This document shows, in pieces, positions 9,705 through 18,539 of a DNA stretch of 64,000 nucleotides. The translations under genes were made by a program, and so were the position numbers. The notes under the pieces are model-generated. The model was given only the letters and a program-made list of their open reading frames with translations, was not told where the DNA came from and searched no databases. Origin of the DNA: Roseateles sp. (GTDB lineage Bacteria; Pseudomonadota; Gammaproteobacteria; Burkholderiales; Burkholderiaceae_C); the NCBI RefSeq assembly GCF_047654785.1, contig NZ_JASGKQ010000002.1:577268-641267 (forward strand), in the 5' to 3' direction. Numbering within the stretch: the first letter of the stretch is position 1; the number at the start of each line of letters is the position of its first letter.

Positions 9705-10905
9705 CGCGCGCCGCGGCCGGGAAGCCGGCGGCCATGCCGTCCACCAGCAGCCGCAGCCCGGTCGAGCCGCCGGTGAAGTACAGCGCGTCCACCTGATCGG
9801 CCGTCAGCCCCGCCAGCGCCACCGTCTCGTGCGCGGTGGCGATGATGCGGTCCAGGTCGGCGCGCAGCGCGGCCACGGCGGTCCGCTCGCCCAGCGGCAG
9901 CAGCAGGCCGGGCTCCACGTGGCCCAGGTCCACCGTGGTGTCGGCGCCGCCGGAGATGGCGATCTTGGCGCCCTCGGCGCGCGCGGCCAGGTCGTGGCCC
10001 AGGCGCTCGTCCAGCACCGTCATCAGCCGCGCGTGCTGGCGCGCGTCGCCGAACCAGCCCTTCATGCCGCGCCACTCGGCCACGCGCAGCGGCGCGTAGC
10101 AGGTGTTGATGAGGTGCCAGGTGGCCAGGTCGAAGTAGAGGCCGCTGGGCACCTCGCGCCCGCTCGGGCCGAGGGCGCGGTAGCCGAAGGCCTGCAGCAT
10201 GCCGGCGAGTTCGATGTGGCGGTCGAAGTCGGTGCCGGCGACGTGCAGGCCGTGGCTGGCCAGGATGTCGTCGCGCCGCGCCAGCCGGCGCATGCGCTCC
10301 GGGCCGACGCGGACGACGGAGAAGTCGCTGGTGCCGCCGCCGATGTCGGCCACCAGCACCAACTGCTCGCGGCTGGCCTGCTGCTCGAAGTCGAACGCCG
10401 CGGCGATCGGTTCGTACTGGAAATGCACCTCGTCGAAGCCGGCCGCCCGGGCGCAGGCCGCCAGCTGCGCCTGCGCGGCGGCGTCGCGCGCGGGGTCGCC
10501 GTCGACGAAGCTCACCGGCCGGCCCAGCACCGCGCGCGTGGGCTCGCCGGCCAGGCGGCGCAAGCGCTTCAGGTAGCCGGCGACGATGTCCGCGTAGCGC
10601 GCGCCGCGGCCGCCGCCGACGTCGGTGGTCTGGTCGATCAGCGCCGAGCCGAGGATGCTCTTCATGGAGCGCATCAGCCGGCCGTCGTGGCCGTCCACGT
10701 AGGCGGCCACGGCGGCGCGGCCGAAGGCGCGCGGCGGGCCGTCGGCGTCGTGCGGCCCTTCCGCGAAGTAGAAGACGGCCGTGGGCATGGTGCGCTGGCC
10801 GGGCTCCAGCTCGATGAGGCGCATCGCACCGTCCGGCCCCGGCACGGCCACGGCGGAGTTGGAGGTGCCGAAATCGATGGCGCAGAAACCGGGCGGATTG
10901 CTCAT
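9628..10905 (-). CDS. Hsp70-family ATPase, YegD-like
   Basis: Actin-fold phosphate motifs AIDFGTSNSAVA and VADIGGGTSDFSV are present. Size is about 425 aa. Confidence 0.85.
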   Translation of the reverse strand: MSNPPGFCAIDFGTSNSAVAVPGPDGAMRLIELEPGQRTMPTAVFYFAEGPHDADGPPRAFGRAAVAAYVDGHDGRLMRSMKSILGSALIDQTTDVGGGRGARYADIVAGYLKRLRRLAGEPTRAVLGRPVSFVDGDPARDAAAQAQLAACARAAGFDEVHFQYEPIAAAFDFEQQASREQLVLVADIGGGTSDFSVVRVGPERMRRLARRDDILASHGLHVAGTDFDRHIELAGMLQAFGYRALGPSGREVPSGLYFDLATWHLINTCYAPLRVAEWRGMKGWFGDARQHARLMTVLDERLGHDLAARAEGAKIAISGGADTTVDLGHVEPGLLLPLGERTAVAALRADLDRIIATAHETVALAGLTADQVDALYFTGGSTGLRLLVDGMAAGFPAAARVSGDRFASVAAGLGLHAQRLFAADR

Positions 10906-10941
10906 GGCGTGGCGGCGGCGCGGGGGCCGGTCCTGACAAGG

Positions 10942-10958
10942 GGCGCGGATTCTAGGAA
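10942..10958 (-). promoter_or_regulatory. TTCCTAGAATCCGCGCC motif (TAGAAT -10-like) 36 nt upstream of the yegD-like start
   Basis: This is an exact 17-mer also found at 39684-39700, oriented toward the downstream gene. Confidence 0.4.
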
Positions 10959-10988
10959 CACAATCGCCGGCCCGTTCCCGGAGAGACG

Positions 10989-13775
10989 ATGAAACCGCGC
11001 CATTTCGCCCTGATCCTGCTGGCCGCCGCCCTGGCCGGCTGCAGCCAACGCACGGAGCAGGACCTGCTCGCCGCCGCCCAGAAGCGCCTGGCGGAGAAGG
11101 ACAACGCGGGCGCCGTCATCGAGCTGAAGAACCTGCTGCAGCAAAGCCCCGACAACGCCGTCGCCCGGCAGCTGCTGGGCCAGTCGCTGCTGGAGGCGGG
11201 CGACCTGGCCGGCGCCGAGATCGAGCTGCGCCGCGCCTGGGAGCTGGGCGCGCCGCGCGACGCGCTGGCGCCGCTGCTGGCGCAGGCGCTGCTGTACTCC
11301 GGCCAGTCGCGCAAGCTGATCACCGAGTTCGCGGACCAGAGCCTGGCCGACCCGCAGGCCGGCGCCACGCTGCAGCAGCACCTGGCGCTGGCCTACCTCG
11401 CGCAAGGCAACCTGCCTGAGGCCAAGGCCGCCGCCAGCCGCGCGCTGCAGCTGGCGCCGCAGTCCGACGCGGCCGCCATCGCCGGCGCGCGCGTCAAGCT
11501 GGCCAGCCGGCTTCCCGACGAGGCGCTGGCCATGCTGGACCAGGTGCTGCAGCGCAGCCCGCAGTCCGCCCCGGCGCTGCTGCTGAAGGCCGAGGTGCTG
11601 CTGGCGCGCGGCAAGGCCGAGGAGGCCGAGCCGCTGCTGGCGCAGGCGGTGGCGGCCGACCCGGGCGGCTACGACGCCCGCTCGCTGCTGGTGCGCCTGG
11701 CCTTCGCCCGCCAGCAGGTGGACGCCGCCGCCAAGCTCGTCGACGACATGCCGCCCGCCGCGGCCAAGAAGCCGCAGGGCCGCTTCCTGCAGGCACAGGT
11801 GGCGCTGGCCCGCGGCGACGCCGCCAAGGCCAGCGAGCTGGCGCTGCCGCTGCTCAAGCTGATGCCCAGCTACCTGCCGCTGCTGCGCCTGGCGGCCGGC
11901 GCGCACCAGCAGCTCGGCGAGCTGGCCGACGCCGAGAACCTGTTGGGCCAGGCGCTCAAGCTCGCGCCGGACGACCCCGCGCTGCGCCGCCAGTCCGCCG
12001 GCCTGCAGCTGCAGCGCCACCAGCCGGCCAAGACGCTGGAGACGCTGCGCCCCGTGCTGGACAGCGGCCGCGCCGACGCCGAGACGCTGATGCTGGCCGG
12101 CCGGGCGCAGCTGATGCAGGGCGACTTCGAGGCCGCCGACCAGGCCTTCGGCGCGGCGGCCCGGCTGCGCCCGGACGACGCCAAGACCCAGGCCGCGCTG
12201 GCGCTGGCGGCCATCGCGCGCGACGGCGCCACGCCCGGCGGCGCCGCGCGGGCCAAGGCCGACGCGGCGATCGTCCAGCTGCGCGAGCTCGCCGCCAAGG
12301 ACGGCGGCGGCAACTACGACCTGATGCTGGTCAACGCGCTGATGCGCCGCCAGGACTTCCCCGCCGCGCTGGCGGCGCTGGACAGGCTCGCGCCCAAGAT
12401 GAAGGGCAGCCCCGTGCCCGACGCGCTGCGCGGCCGCATCCTGCTCGTGCGCAAGGACGCGGCCGGCGCGCAGGCCGCGTTCGACGCCGCGCTCAAGGCC
12501 GACCCCGGCTACCTGCCCGCCGCACTGGGCCGGGTGTCGCTGGACCTGCAGGCCGGCCGCGGCGACGCCGCCGTCAAGCGGCTGGAAAGCTTCATCGCCG
12601 AGCACAAGAGCGCGCCGCAGGCCCGCCTGGCGCTGGCCGAGCTGCTGGTGCAGACCCGGGCGCCCGCCGAGCGCGTCACCGAGGTGCTGGCCGCCGCCGT
12701 GCGCGAGGAGCCCACCGAGCCGGCGCTGCGCCTGGCGCTGATCGACCACCGGCTGCGCCTGGGCGACGCGGCCGCCGCCGCGCAGGCGGCGCAGGAGGCC
12801 ACCGCCGCGCTGCCGCTCAACCCCGACCTGCTGGAGCGCCTGGCGCGCACCCAGCTCGCCGCCGGCGACCGCGCCCAGGCCGGCAAGACCTACACGCAGC
12901 TCACCACGCTGGCGCCGCAGCGCGCCGCCGGCTGGCTCGGGCTGGCGCAGCTGCGCTTCATGGACAAGGACGACGCCGGCGCCGAGCGCGAGGTGAAGCG
13001 CGCGCTGGAGGCCGAGCCGGGCGCGGCGGTGGCGCAGCGGCTGCTGATCCAGCTCGCGCTGCGCCAGGGCCGCACCGACGAGGCGCTGGCCGCGCTGCAC
13101 GAGCGCCAGAAGCAGCATCCGCAGGAGGCCTTCGCGTTCGTCGCCGAGGCCGAGGTCGAGATGGGCCGCAAGAATCCGGATGCCGCCATCGCGCTGCTGC
13201 GCAAGGCCACCACGCTGCGCGTGCCGGGCGACGCCGCGCCACGCCTGCTGGCGGCGCTGCTGGCGCACCGGAAGCGCGACGAGGCGCTGGCCTTCGAGGC
13301 GCAATGGCGGCAGGCGCATCCGCAGGACAGCGCCTTCGCCGCCGCCGCCGCCGACCTGCTGCTGACCCGCGGCGACCTGGACGGCGCGCTGGCCCGCTAC
13401 GAGGCGCTGCTCCAGCGCAACCCCGACGCCGTCCCGCTCATCAACAACGTCGCCTGGCTGCGCAGCAAGCAGGGCAAGCCCGGCGCGCGCGAGCTGGCCG
13501 AGCGCGGCCTGGCGCTGAAGGCGGAGGACGCGGCGCTGCGCGACACCTACGCCACCGTGCTGGCCAACGAGAAGCAGTTCGGCCGCGCCGTCAGCCTGCA
13601 GCGCCAGCTCGTCGCCGAGCAGCCCGAGCAGCCGGCCTACCGCCTGAACCTGGCGCGCATCCTGATCCAGTCCGGCGACAAGGCCGCCGCCCGCTTGGAG
13701 CTGGACGGCCTGGCCAGGCTGGGCGCGAAGTTCCCGCAGCAGCGGGACGTGGAGGCGCTGCTGAAGACGCTGTGA
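10989..13775 (+). CDS. TPR-repeat lipoprotein, PEP-CTERM system PrsT-like
   Basis: Lipobox LLAAALAGC. About 930 aa of TPR repeats. The N-terminal pattern AVIELKNLLQQSPDNAVARQLLGQSLLEAGD resembles the PEP-CTERM TPR lipoprotein family as I recall it. Confidence 0.75.
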   Translation: MKPRHFALILLAAALAGCSQRTEQDLLAAAQKRLAEKDNAGAVIELKNLLQQSPDNAVARQLLGQSLLEAGDLAGAEIELRRAWELGAPRDALAPLLAQALLYSGQSRKLITEFADQSLADPQAGATLQQHLALAYLAQGNLPEAKAAASRALQLAPQSDAAAIAGARVKLASRLPDEALAMLDQVLQRSPQSAPALLLKAEVLLARGKAEEAEPLLAQAVAADPGGYDARSLLVRLAFARQQVDAAAKLVDDMPPAAAKKPQGRFLQAQVALARGDAAKASELALPLLKLMPSYLPLLRLAAGAHQQLGELADAENLLGQALKLAPDDPALRRQSAGLQLQRHQPAKTLETLRPVLDSGRADAETLMLAGRAQLMQGDFEAADQAFGAAARLRPDDAKTQAALALAAIARDGATPGGAARAKADAAIVQLRELAAKDGGGNYDLMLVNALMRRQDFPAALAALDRLAPKMKGSPVPDALRGRILLVRKDAAGAQAAFDAALKADPGYLPAALGRVSLDLQAGRGDAAVKRLESFIAEHKSAPQARLALAELLVQTRAPAERVTEVLAAAVREEPTEPALRLALIDHRLRLGDAAAAAQAAQEATAALPLNPDLLERLARTQLAAGDRAQAGKTYTQLTTLAPQRAAGWLGLAQLRFMDKDDAGAEREVKRALEAEPGAAVAQRLLIQLALRQGRTDEALAALHERQKQHPQEAFAFVAEAEVEMGRKNPDAAIALLRKATTLRVPGDAAPRLLAALLAHRKRDEALAFEAQWRQAHPQDSAFAAAAADLLLTRGDLDGALARYEALLQRNPDAVPLINNVAWLRSKQGKPGARELAERGLALKAEDAALRDTYATVLANEKQFGRAVSLQRQLVAEQPEQPAYRLNLARILIQSGDKAAARLELDGLARLGAKFPQQRDVEALLKTL

Positions 13776-15050
13776 TCAGGCGTTGTAGAAGCCGAAGCGC
13801 ATGCCGGGCCGGCGGCCGGCGATGAGCTCGGCCAGCGCGCGGCCCGAGCCGGCGCCGTGCGTCCAGCCCAGCGTGCCGTGGCCGGCGTTGATCCACAGGT
13901 TGCGCGCCTGGCTGCTGCGGCCGATGTAGGGGATGTTGGTCGGCGTGCTGGGGCGCAGGCCGGCCCAGTAGTTGGGTTCGCGGGTGTCGGCGACGCCGGG
14001 GAACAACTCCTCGTAGCGCCTGACCAGCGCCGCGCAGCGCACCCGGGCGGTGGGCGAGTCGAGGTTCAGGTCGAAGCCCGACAGCTCGGCCGTGCCGGCG
14101 ATGCGGATGTGGTCGCCCAGGCGCGAGATGGCGATCTTGCGGCTGTCGTCCAGCAGGCTGACGACGCTGGCCGCCTCGGGCTTCTTCAGCCGCAGCGTGG
14201 CCGAGTAGCCCTTGGCGGGGTAGATGGCGAGGTGCTCGCCCAGCGGCTTCACCAGCGCGGGGGTGTACGAACCCATCGCGGCGACGAAGGCGTCGGCAGC
14301 CAGCGTCCTGCGCTCGCCGGTGCGGGTGTGGGCGATGTGCGCGGCGGCGATGCCGTCGCCCGCGCGCTGCAGCGCCAGGATGTCGTGCTCGTACAGGAAC
14401 TGCGCGCCGCGCTCGGCGCAGCGCCGCGCGAGCTGCTGCGTGAAGACCTTGGCGTCGCCGCTCTCGTCGCTGGGCGTGAAGGTGCCGCCGGCCACCTGGG
14501 CGCCGAAGCCGGCCAGCGCCGGCTCGATCTTCAGCACCTCCTCGCGGCTGAGCACGCGGCGGTCCACGCCGTGGCGGCGCATGATCTCCGCGCCGGCCGC
14601 GCCGTTGTCGTAGTCCGCCTGGCTGGAGAAGAAGTGCAGGATGCCGCGCTCCAGCCGGCAGTACTCGATGCCGGTGCGCGCGACCAGTTCCTTCAGCGAC
14701 TCGTGCGAGTAGCGGCCCAGCTGCACCAGCGCCTCCACGTTGCGCTCGAACGCGGCAGTGGTGCACTGCGTCAGGAAGGACAGGCCCCAGCGCCACTGGT
14801 TGGGGTCCAGGCGCGGGCGGAACAGCAGCGGCGAGTCGTCGCGCAGCAGCCACTTGGCCACCTTGAACGGCGCGCCCGCGTTCGCCCAGGGCTCGCAGAA
14901 GCTGACCGAGATCTGCGCGCCGTTGGCGAAGCTGGTTTCCAGCGCCGCGTCGGGCTGGCGGTCGACGACGATGACCTCGTGGCCCTCGTCCAGCAGGTAC
15001 CAGGCGGTGGCGATGCCGATGATGCCGGCGCCGAGAACGACGATCTTCAT
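13776..15050 (-). CDS. FAD-dependent D-amino acid dehydrogenase (DadA-like)
   Basis: Start at MKIVVLGAGIIGIATAWYL (Rossmann GxGxxG). DadA-like pattern over the full length. The listed longer start has no support. Confidence 0.85.
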   Translation of the reverse strand: MKIVVLGAGIIGIATAWYLLDEGHEVIVVDRQPDAALETSFANGAQISVSFCEPWANAGAPFKVAKWLLRDDSPLLFRPRLDPNQWRWGLSFLTQCTTAAFERNVEALVQLGRYSHESLKELVARTGIEYCRLERGILHFFSSQADYDNGAAGAEIMRRHGVDRRVLSREEVLKIEPALAGFGAQVAGGTFTPSDESGDAKVFTQQLARRCAERGAQFLYEHDILALQRAGDGIAAAHIAHTRTGERRTLAADAFVAAMGSYTPALVKPLGEHLAIYPAKGYSATLRLKKPEAASVVSLLDDSRKIAISRLGDHIRIAGTAELSGFDLNLDSPTARVRCAALVRRYEELFPGVADTREPNYWAGLRPSTPTNIPYIGRSSQARNLWINAGHGTLGWTHGAGSGRALAELIAGRRPGMRFGFYNA

Positions 15051-15180
15051 GGGGGGCTCGTGAGCGGGTGGAGCGGGCGGTTGCATGCCCAGGCGGGGCG
15101 TGCGCATCGGCGGATTCTCCGCAGCCGCCGCCCATTCAAGAAGCGGGATTCATATTTCTCGCTCTACATTAGCAAGGCTT

Positions 15181-16089
15181 ATGAGCGACTTCGACCCCGC
15201 CGCCCTGGACTGCCTCGCCGCGCTGGCCGACGAGCAGGGCTTCGAGCGCGCCGCGCAGCGCCTGGCCATCACGCAGAGCGCCGTCTCGCAGCGGCTGCGC
15301 TCGCTGGAGGCGCAGGCCGGCCAGCCGCTGGTGGTGCGCTCCCGGCCGCTGCGGCTGACCGAGGCCGGCAAGGTGCTGCTGCGCTTCGCCCGCCAGCTGC
15401 AGGCGCTGCGCGTGGACGTGGCGCGGGAGCTGGGCGAGCGGGTGGCGCCACAGTCGCGCCTGGCCATCGCCGTCAATGCCGACAGCCTGGCCACCTGGGT
15501 GCTGCCGGCGCTGGACGGCCTGGTGCAGCAGGGCCTGCGCGAGGGCTATGGGCTGGAACTGGTCGTCGACGACCAGGACTTCACCCACGACAGCCTGCGC
15601 CAGGGCGCGGTGCTGGGCTGCGTCTCCACGGTCGCCGAGGCGCTGCAGGGCTGCCGCGTGCAGCCGCTGGGCGTGATGCGCTACGTCGCGGTGGCCAGCC
15701 CGCGTTTCCTGGCGGCGCAGCTGCCGGACGGCCTGCACGCCGGCAACTTCGCCGACACGCCCTTCCTGGTGTTCAACCGCAAGGACGACAACCAGGTGCA
15801 GTGGGTGTCGCAGGCTTTCGGCGTGCGCGCGCCGCGGCTGCGCGAGCGCTTCGTGCCCTCCAGCGAGGCCTATGTGAACGCCGCCGTGATGGGCTGGGGC
15901 GTGGGGGTGGCGCCGGAGATCCAGGTGCGGCCCTTGGTCGCGGTGGGCCGCCTCGTCATGCTGGAGCCGGCGGTGGGCGTGGACGTGGCGCTCTACTGGC
16001 ACCAATGGCAGCTGCAGGGCCGGGGCGCGCTGCTGGACCAGATCGGCCAGGCGCTGGCCGACGGCGCGCGCCGGGCGCTGGGCGGCTGA
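15181..16089 (+). CDS. LysR-family transcriptional regulator, ArgP/IciA-like
   Basis: Start at MSDFDPAALDCL. The wHTH is FERAAQRLAITQSAVSQRLRSLE. Divergent from the dadA-like gene. Confidence 0.85.
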   Translation: MSDFDPAALDCLAALADEQGFERAAQRLAITQSAVSQRLRSLEAQAGQPLVVRSRPLRLTEAGKVLLRFARQLQALRVDVARELGERVAPQSRLAIAVNADSLATWVLPALDGLVQQGLREGYGLELVVDDQDFTHDSLRQGAVLGCVSTVAEALQGCRVQPLGVMRYVAVASPRFLAAQLPDGLHAGNFADTPFLVFNRKDDNQVQWVSQAFGVRAPRLRERFVPSSEAYVNAAVMGWGVGVAPEIQVRPLVAVGRLVMLEPAVGVDVALYWHQWQLQGRGALLDQIGQALADGARRALGG

Positions 16090-16266
16090 TCAGCGCGTGA
16101 CGGTGGGCGCGGAAGCCGCCGTGTCGGCCGCCGCCACGGCCTGGGAGATGAACAGCGACATCACGTCGTGCTCGCTGGGCTGCACCGCCTGGGCCACCCA
16201 CAGCGTGCCGGCCACGACCAGGCCGACCATGCCGTGGGCGAACCATTTCAAGAGTGCTGAATTCAT
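16090..16266 (-). CDS. Small (58 aa) putative membrane protein
   Basis: MNSALLKWFAHGMVGLVVAGTLWVAQAV contains one TM helix. Third-position GC is very high after the first codons. No clear SD. Confidence 0.4.
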   Translation of the reverse strand: MNSALLKWFAHGMVGLVVAGTLWVAQAVQPSEHDVMSLFISQAVAAADTAASAPTVTR

Positions 16267-16275
16267 GCGGGAAAG

Positions 16276-16354
16276 CCCGGAGGTCCGAAGGAGCGGCAGC
16301 TTACCCCCATCCAGGGGGGATGGACCGGCGGACCTCCGGGCGGTGTGGTTTTTT
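16276..16354 (+). terminator. Long hairpin (12-bp perfect stem) followed by T6; terminator-like or structured RNA
   Basis: CCCGGAGGTCCG (16276-16287) pairs with CGGACCTCCGGG (16329-16340). The loop holds an inner CCATCC/GGATGG stem. The T6 run at 16349-16354 lies 8 nt after the stem. Confidence 0.45.
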
Positions 16355-16581
16355 GTGCAGTGCCGCAATTTGCGGCGAGCGCGGCCCGGCCCCTGATGCG
16401 AAATCGCCACGCTTGAGGCCCGGACCCTGCCGTTGCGGGGCCGGCGACCCACCCTGAATGTGTGGTCCTGGGGCGAAGGGCAATATTTACTCACAGTTGA
16501 GGGATTCATTTGTCATATCGATCCCGCACACTGCCGGCACGGTTCGACGCGGTTGTCGAACGCCACCCCACGAGGTTTGCC

Positions 16582-16803
16582 ATGCGATTCGTTCCCGCGC
16601 TGCGCTTTTTCCGCCGTGGCGCCGCCGTGCGCAACGCGCCGGACCCGGCCGACCTCGGCACCGCCTTCGGCCTGGACGCCTGCCTGGACGGCGGCGGCAT
16701 CAGCGACTACCGCAGCCAGCCCAAGAGCGACTACCTCGAATCGCAGTCCGCCCGCCCGTCCCAGGAGTCCCCGCTGGGCTGGCTGTCGCGCCGGACGGCC
16801 TGA
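16582..16803 (+). CDS. Hypothetical 73-aa protein
   Basis: A GAGG sits 6 nt before ATG 16582. Third-position GC is high throughout. No recognisable domain. Convergent with the pssA-like gene, with a 3-nt gap. Confidence 0.5.
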   Translation: MRFVPALRFFRRGAAVRNAPDPADLGTAFGLDACLDGGGISDYRSQPKSDYLESQSARPSQESPLGWLSRRTA

Positions 16804-16806
16804 CGC

Positions 16807-17424
16807 CTACAGCTTCGGAATCCGGATCCGACTCACCATCAGCGACCCGGACAGCGCGAACAGCAGCACCAGCGGGTGCAGCCGGAACCCGGCGATCCAC
16901 CACACGCCGCCCCACAGCGCGTCGCCGATGGCGCCCTGCGCCGCGGCGGCCCACAGCACCGCCACCAGCAGCATGGACGTCGGGATGGGCGTGCCCTCGA
17001 AGTAGGCCACCTTGTCCGAGCCGGCGCTGAGCTTCTCGGCCGTCACGTTGTAGCGCGCCAGCCGGCTGACGCCGCAGGCGACGAAGAACACCAGCACGAT
17101 GCGGTCGTACAGGCCCTGCATGCCGCAGCCGTAGGCGATGACGGCCGGCGCGACGCCGAACGAGATGACGTCGGCCAGCGAATCCAGCTCCCGGCCCAGC
17201 GCCGAGCTCTTCTGCCGCCAGCGCGCGATGCGGCCGTCGAGCACGTCGAAGGCCAGCGCCAGCGGGATCAGCGCGCAGGCGTATTGCAGGTGCCGCGTGT
17301 CGCCGCTCTGCAGAAAGCTCATCACCGCGAACAGCGCGCCCATGCCGGCGCAGGCGTTGCCCAGCGTGAACCAGTCGGCGAGGTGGAACTCGCGGATCAT
17401 CGAGAACGGCTTGGGCTTGTCCAT
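16807..17424 (-). CDS. CDP-alcohol phosphatidyltransferase family protein (PssA-like)
   Basis: Start at MDKPKPFSMIREF. Complete motif DGRIARWRQKSSALGRELDSLAD (DGx2ARx8Gx3Dx3D). Multiple TM helices. Confidence 0.85.
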   Translation of the reverse strand: MDKPKPFSMIREFHLADWFTLGNACAGMGALFAVMSFLQSGDTRHLQYACALIPLALAFDVLDGRIARWRQKSSALGRELDSLADVISFGVAPAVIAYGCGMQGLYDRIVLVFFVACGVSRLARYNVTAEKLSAGSDKVAYFEGTPIPTSMLLVAVLWAAAAQGAIGDALWGGVWWIAGFRLHPLVLLFALSGSLMVSRIRIPKL

Positions 17425-17438
17425 GGCAGCCGCGATTG

Positions 17439-18539
17439 TCAGGCCGTGGCGGGCGGCTCCGGCTCGGGCGGCGGCTTCAGCCGCAGCCAGGCCTTGCGGG
17501 CCAGGTGCCGCAGCAGCAGGCCGCCGGGCATGCGCAGCCAGTGGGAGCGCACGTACAGGGCGAGCCGGGCGGCCCCGGTCAGCGGGCGGTCGCAGCTGGG
17601 GTGGTCGGGCATCAGCGCGCGGGCATAGCAGGCGTCCAGCAGCGGCTGGCTGGCCGGGCTGCCGGCGCAGGCAGCCTGCAGCCCCGCGGCGGGCACGGGC
17701 GTGCCCAGCAGGCGCGTGGTGTAGCGCAGCGCGAGGGCCAGCGGCCGGCCCAGGCCGAGCGAGCGGGCACGCGGCAGCAGCGCGTCCCAGAAGCCGGGGT
17801 CGCGGCCGAAGTCCCTCAGCAGCGCGTCGAGGTCGAACAGGTCGCGCAGCCCCTTCTCCAGCTCGCCCTCGTGGAACAGGTGGGTGGCGCTGTGCAGCAC
17901 CATGGTGGCCGGCGCCAGCACGCGCACGCCGGGGTGGCCCGGCAGCTCCTGCGCGTCCTCGAACAATGCCGCCGTGTTCACCCGGATGCGCGCCGTGGGC
18001 GGCAGGATGGTGTGGTGGACGTCGAGGCTGCTGCCGCGCTGCTCGTGGGTCAGCGGCGGGATCTCGTGCATCCACTCGCGGTAGTAGCGCTCGTCATAGG
18101 CGTCCAGGTCGTCCTGGAAGGACCAGCCGTGCGCGAGCAGGGCGGCTTCGATGTCGGCGATGCGGTCCCGGGGCACGAGGATGTCGACGTCGCCGAACAC
18201 GCGGCCCGCGCTGGCCGGCAGGCCGGCCATCAGGTAGGCGCTGCCTTTCAGCAGGATGGGCGCCACGCCCAGGGGCTGGAGCGCGGCCTGGATCCGGCTC
18301 ACCTCCCAGTGCGTCAGCTTGGCCTGGCGCGCGGCGGTCATCAGCGCGGCGTGGAGGTGGTGGCGGGGGCCGGGCGGCACCTGTTCGAGCCAGGGCTTCA
18401 GCGCGACGGCCAGTTTGGCCAGCAGCAGGCCCCGGCGCGCCTGCCGCAGCAGCAGGTCCCAGTCCAGCGGCCGCAGGCGCAGCGCCGACGCCGGGTCCAG
18501 CAGCACGCGCAGCAGCAGCGGGGCGGATGCGGTCTTCAT
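17439..18539 (-). CDS. Nucleotidyltransferase family protein (NTP_transf_5-type)
   Basis: Start at MKTASAPLL overlaps the upstream stop (ATGA). NTase signature KGSAYL...FGDVDILVPRD. Confidence 0.8.
   Translation of the reverse strand: MKTASAPLLLRVLLDPASALRLRPLDWDLLLRQARRGLLLAKLAVALKPWLEQVPPGPRHHLHAALMTAARQAKLTHWEVSRIQAALQPLGVAPILLKGSAYLMAGLPASAGRVFGDVDILVPRDRIADIEAALLAHGWSFQDDLDAYDERYYREWMHEIPPLTHEQRGSSLDVHHTILPPTARIRVNTAALFEDAQELPGHPGVRVLAPATMVLHSATHLFHEGELEKGLRDLFDLDALLRDFGRDPGFWDALLPRARSLGLGRPLALALRYTTRLLGTPVPAAGLQAACAGSPASQPLLDACYARALMPDHPSCDRPLTGAARLALYVRSHWLRMPGGLLLRHLARKAWLRLKPPPEPEPPATA

Noticed and set aside
15051-15180. Direct ATTCA repeats in the dadA/argP divergent region, considered as a LysR T-N11-A box.
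   Set aside because: The spacing does not fit the T-N11-A dyad, and the match is too short to separate from chance.
16551-16576. GGTTCGAC...GTCGAACG, checked as a possible tRNA T-arm.
   Set aside because: It is only a simple 6-bp hairpin. No acceptor, D or anticodon arms can be drawn around it. I found no tRNA-like sequence anywhere in the window.
16510-16581. Longer 97-aa version of the small ORF starting at 16510.
   Set aside because: The first 24 codons lie in the AT-rich, structured non-coding stretch with poor codon bias. The internal ATG 16582 has the SD.
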